A DNA stretch of 63,978 nt, filler included, from Pelomyxa schiedti (Eukaryota > Protista > Evosea), in the NCBI GenBank assembly GCA_020536535.1. It is 10 parts of 10 records of this genome, joined end to end, with 100 filler letters (N's around TTAATTAATTAA, not from the genome) between each part and the next. Parts side by side here need not be neighbours in the genome. Positions count along the whole stretch, not along the records: positions 44,363 to 63,978 come from JAHLWZ010001104.1; 9 more parts are not named here. One strand, 5' to 3'. Position numbers and translations under genes: made by a program. The notes under the pieces are model-generated. The model saw nothing but the letters and a program-made list of their open reading frames with translations. It was not told the origin of the DNA and made no database searches. How positions within the stretch are numbered: position 1 is the stretch's first letter; the number at the start of each line of letters is the position of its first letter. Positions 59,574-63,978 of this stretch are shown in pieces.

Positions 59574-61975
59574 ATGTCTTTGCTTCCAGAAGGACATGGC
59601 TTGGGACACGGGTGGGGCAGAGACGTGACTCGCAGAACCACGATTGGGGCTCTGCGTGGACTTCTCAAGATCGCGTCCACGTCGTACGGGCCAAGGGCCG
59701 CATTCAAGTTGGTGTCACAAGCCTCGTGCTCCTCCCTATGCGGCGACGATTATGGGACACAACACGGGGATTGCCACGACGTAGGGGACGATGCATTATC
59801 GATAACAGCCAAGTCGTCGAGGATTTTCGGCGCAGGGGGTGCTGTTTTTGCGCACCCGGTGAGCAGGATTATGGTTCAGTTGGTGTCTGGCAGATCGGGT
59901 GGGGACTGCGGCTTATTTGCTCTCATTTTTGCTCTCAAGTTTGTAGTTGGGTTTTTCATTTTTTTTTTTTTTTTAGTTTTGCAGTTTCTGTTGATTGGCT
60001 GAACTTTTACACCCAGTTTGTACTTGTATGGACTTGAGGATAACATGAATCCCATAATGACGAGAGAAGGCTACTATGCTGCACTGAACTGGTGCGAACA
60101 ATATTTGGAGTCTCCGTCATGCCCTTGCAGGTGAAATGCTTGCTCACAACTTCCTAAAAAGCAATTGTGACTAAACCTCAGAAAGAGTCAACATTGAATG
60201 GGATGATACACACTCACTTGTGGCTCTTCTAATGGGGGTCATTGGGACTAAAGCAGTGTCTCTATGTAATTCTGATCCATTGTGCTTGAGGCATATATGC
60301 ATTACTGTATTGAAGGCAAAGCAGTTGTTTTGAACACCAATTTGGTTTCCAACAGTAAAAAATACAAGGCCTTCATAACTGCAATACCTGCATCCACATC
60401 CTGCTCATTAGTTCCTACTGTGCGGTTGCTTGGATTCCTTGGCCATGTTAATGACACCCAGATGATTAATGGGGCCCTGTTGGATGTCGCTATTGAAAAA
60501 CATTCACTCAGGCATCCCAGTGTGTACAACTTCATGTTTCCGTTAAAACAGCCAACAAACCTCAACCATAGCCCATGAACAGAAAGTAATACTCTTCTGT
60601 GATAATGTACAACCTCCAGCCATTTCTGCGGTCTCCCCTGGTTGTACTGGAGAGAAAGTCCATGTGAAATGGGAGAGTATGCATTCCCTGGTTGCACTCA
60701 ATGGCCTAACCCTCTAAGTGGCAGGGAATTTCCCCACATCAGATGAATCCCAGTTGGAAACCTTTGTTACTCATATGCAAAAACTTAACGTTGGGGTCGT
60801 TGCAAGTCAAAAAACTATTCACCCCAGGATTAGAGAACTGCTAATTTCTGCTGTGTGCCACTGAACAAAAAATTCCCACTCGAAATAAAAAACTTTGTAG
60901 GGTATAGTACCCCTTGAGAGACTATCTATTGTTCACGTGGAAGCATTTAGGCAGGTTACAGGGGCTTCATTTCAGCCGAATATCTCCCAGTTCTTCGTCA
61001 ATACCCACACAGAGGGATACCTCCAAGTAATGAACTCCGTGTTGCCTTCACTAGGCGCAATTGGCTCTATGAATAAATGGAAGATGAACAACAAAACGTA
61101 ATCATATCTCAGGTTCCTACTGATTACCAACCAACACCCAAAGGTTTCTTATGGTAGAGCCCAGTGGCGGATTTCCCTGTCAAAACCCGTGCAGCACTCT
61201 TGTGGTTTTTGCACCCACACAGTTTGCTCTTGATGAACTACAGGCTGCCGTGCACTCGGCATTGACGGGTGACTCTGAACTCGTTTCATCTTCCTTCATT
61301 GAGAGTTAACCGTACAGTCTTGAATTCTGTCCTTCATACACCTCACGCTTATGTCGGCGCTGGTTGTTTTGAAACTTGCCTGTCAGCCTGCATTACCAAC
61401 AACCTGGTCTGTACGTCCCCTTTTCAACTGTATCTTCACTAATTGCTATTTCAGGCCAATAATAATTCAGTTCATCCCTTAATGAAACCAGGTAATCCAG
61501 CGCCCTAGGAGCGGGATTACCCCGAAAATGCCCATCTAACTTTCCTCATCCATTCCCAACAACAGCAATTCAAAACTTTGCCCGTGCCCTTGATCAGGTG
61601 GCAGCTTGTATAGATCAGTCACTCCCTCCACACTTCTTTGAGACTGAAATGCACCAAGCCAATTCCACCAACCACAACCACCAACAGTGCGGTTGTGGCT
61701 GCGGTCGCCCGGCCGTTTACGGCTGGAGTGTTCCCCTATCTCGCCCAATTCCTCACACCACAAATCATCAAAACTACCAAAACCGCAACCAGCAACCAGA
61801 ACCAGCACAACAGCATCATAATGCCACATCGCAAACAGCAGACACCACCCAATTGGATTTAGCCAGGGTTGTCGTTCTGGATCCTGGTCATTTCAAACTG
61901 GAGGCTCTTCGTATTGCTGTTGACACTGTGGCCTCTCTGCTTCCTGTGGACAACATCCTGGAGTCCTTCACCTAA
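59574..61975 (+). CDS. MKKS: Chaperonin-like Bardet-Biedl/McKusick-Kaufman protein
   Basis: STSYGPRAAFKL, HPVSRIM, GDCGLFA, VASQKTIHP, ERLS..VTGA and VLD...K..AL..AVDT match BBS6. The CCT GDGTT motif appears as GDCGL. Confidence 0.8.
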
Positions 61976-62093
61976 CAAATGAGCTGTATTGTAAAAGAAT
62001 TTTTTTGATGGATTTCTAAGATTGACGATCAAAACCCGCTTTTACCAAACAGCGATTTAGGCTCAATTGAATGAATTTTTGCTTTGTTTTGTT

Positions 62094-63649
62094 TTACAAT
62101 TCAGAGGAGTCGGAAGCTTGAGGACGGTAAGATATGTCCACACCAGCATCAGATTCATCATATTCAGTGGCATACACACTGCTAGGTGCCCTCATTAGAG
62201 CACCACTTGAAGTGGATGTAGAATTAGGGTTCTGGTTTGTATCACACAGAGGCTCCCCTTCTTCATCCGTGTCAGAGTCTTGGTCTGATTCAGCATCCCC
62301 AGCAGCCACGAGTTCTTTGCCAAAATAGTCAGAGTAAGATAGTCCGACTGCACTTTGGTGTGATAGTGATGAAGATGATTCGTTTTTGGTGGGTTCTGTG
62401 GAATCACTTGGAGATGTCGACTTGGCACAGCAGCATTTGCAGGGAAGCTCAGATTTGCACTTGAAAAGGTCCATGTAGCACTTCCTCGCCCGCTTGTTGA
62501 GCAGCACAAAAACCAGGAACAGGATGACACCTTGAGAGCCACTGCACAGGACACTGATTACTTGGAACCACTTGGTGCACCACAAATTAAAGGGGTTGGG
62601 AGTGTCGGGCCAAGCAACTCCTGATACACTATGGAAGACAAGGCTTGGGATATTTAGAATAACGAATAGCAGACCAATTACTGTGAGAGAGTAAAGCCAA
62701 TTCCGGAAGGATGCAAGGTCTTGCATTTTCTGTTTGAAACAAAAGTTAGAACGATTCCGAAAACGTACTAAAAATAAAATAGAACTAACCAAAAGAGGAA
62801 GAAAATACCCTGTCGGCCATAGGGTTTGATCTCATGTCAAGGTAAACCTCTTGAAAAATACCAAGAGAGATCATCAATGTGGAAAACATACATGAGGCCA
62901 GTGGTACATAATAAAAAGCTCTCCACCACCCATCACTGGCTGGAATGAAACAAAGAGATCCATCTTCACTTGGTCCAATTTTACCCGCAGAAGCCAGGAT
63001 AATGCATATTATTAGAGGAACCCCCCAACACACCAAGGGAAAGACTATCCTCAGCCTTTTCCTGTTTACAGTTGGAGGACATCACACAGTTAAAGGTGGG
63101 TGTAAATATTCACCGTACATAATTTTCCATTTTTGGTCCCTCTGGAGAGACTATTTGTCTAAGAATCCTAAGATGAAGCCACACATATAACGAGATACAG
63201 CAAGTCCAAAGAAATGCTGACAAATCAGAAAAGATTCCTGTTGATGGAATTGGTGTTAAAAGGAAAGATACGAATGGTACCAATGAACGCAAATACATTG
63301 CAACCAACAGTCTCTCCCAAGTGCGACTGAATGTTAGCAGTGAACAAATACATTCCACTAACTTTCAAAAAAAAAAAGTATAAGGGCTAAAAAGAGAGGC
63401 GGGGCCTACACTCCCACCTGCATTTGATAATCCAAGTAAAGCAAGTATTGCTCTCGACGACGACCTAAGACGACTGAAGAGCAAAAAAGTCACCCCAACG
63501 CACACAGCTCCCTACAGTTTAAATTTAGACCGCCCAACAAGCACGCCAAATTCGAAACTCACCGCAAAAGAAATGAATCCCACGAAGAAAAAAGCACCGT
63601 CAATGTCGGGCACGCAGCGTTCGCTTGACGACGACTCTGTGCTGGACAT
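62094..63649 (-). CDS. 7-TM GPCR of the cAMP-receptor-like (cAR/Crl/GCR1) type
   Basis: Hydrophobic segments with WTCCI, CWGVPL, G..CFI, FYYVPL and SQGVILFLVF, followed by an acidic Ser-rich tail. Confidence 0.72.
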
Positions 63650-63750
63650 CAACCCTGGTTACGCGAACACTCGATTACAGGAAAATGTGATTTATTAGCC
63701 GAAGGTCCAAATCCTAGGATAGTGATTGTCTGTTTCATGACAGTGGCATG

Positions 63751-63978
63751 TTAAGTGGCCTCAGAAGAGAGCAAAGCGAAGTCCTGAACTCTTTGAGACC
63801 CATGGCGTCTGTTCGTCATGAGATTCCGTCTGCACAATCTGGATGATGGCCGACTCGATATCGTTCCACGATGTTCCGGGTGCTGCCTTCTCAACAACTG
63901 GGGCACGTGTAATGTCAGAAAGTGGTGAAGGGGGTGGGGGGGGGGGGGGGGGGGGAAATGGGGGCAAAGCAACCTTCG
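63751..63978 (-). CDS. 3' end of an unidentified gene (poly-Pro segment) running off the window
   Basis: Open frames around a G homopolymer. The true frame is uncertain. Confidence 0.3.
   Translation of the reverse strand, partial: RRLLCPHFPPPPPPHPLHHFLTLHVPQLLRRQHPEHRGTISSRPSSRLCRRNLMTNRRHGSQRVQDFALLSSEAT

Noticed and set aside
1-63978. tRNA, rRNA, prokaryotic operons or phage genes
   Set aside because: None were recognisable. All identifiable conserved genes carry spliceosomal introns.

Overview
Gene-dense, intron-rich (mostly ~35-60 nt introns) microbial-eukaryote scaffold. The gene families and intron style suggest an amoebozoan, most likely a Pelomyxa-like archamoeba (inference, not shown by the sequence). 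It consists of about 12 contigs joined by 100-nt gaps, nine of which carry an artificial TTAATTAATTAA linker. Conserved genes: XMAP215/Dis1 TOG protein, MRH-domain protein, GT32 glycosyltransferase (partial), atypical Ras (duplicated), prokaryote-type P-type ATPase, Rho/Rac GTPase, class I eIF4E, TPR+SGNH protein, SLC35F6-like transporter, MKKS/BBS6 and a cAR/GCR1-like GPCR. Accessory DNA: an intronless lineage-specific gene family, a TKL kinase with a ubiquitin-like module, a tandem array of membrane-anchored PINK1-like pseudokinases, and transposon relics. Highlights: (1) a decayed Transib/RAG1-like transposon whose outer end reads like a 12-RSS (CACAGAG-12 nt-TAAAAAAGT); (2) an eIF4E with tandem PAM2 motifs; (3) the PINK1-like pseudokinase array with a gene-conversion tract and a micro-inversion; (4) a piggyBac-type TTAA insertion visible against its empty-site copy; (5) a conserved ~90-nt hairpin upstream of two unrelated kinase genes. 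All homology calls are by-eye motif recognition. No searches were run, and exon boundaries are approximate.
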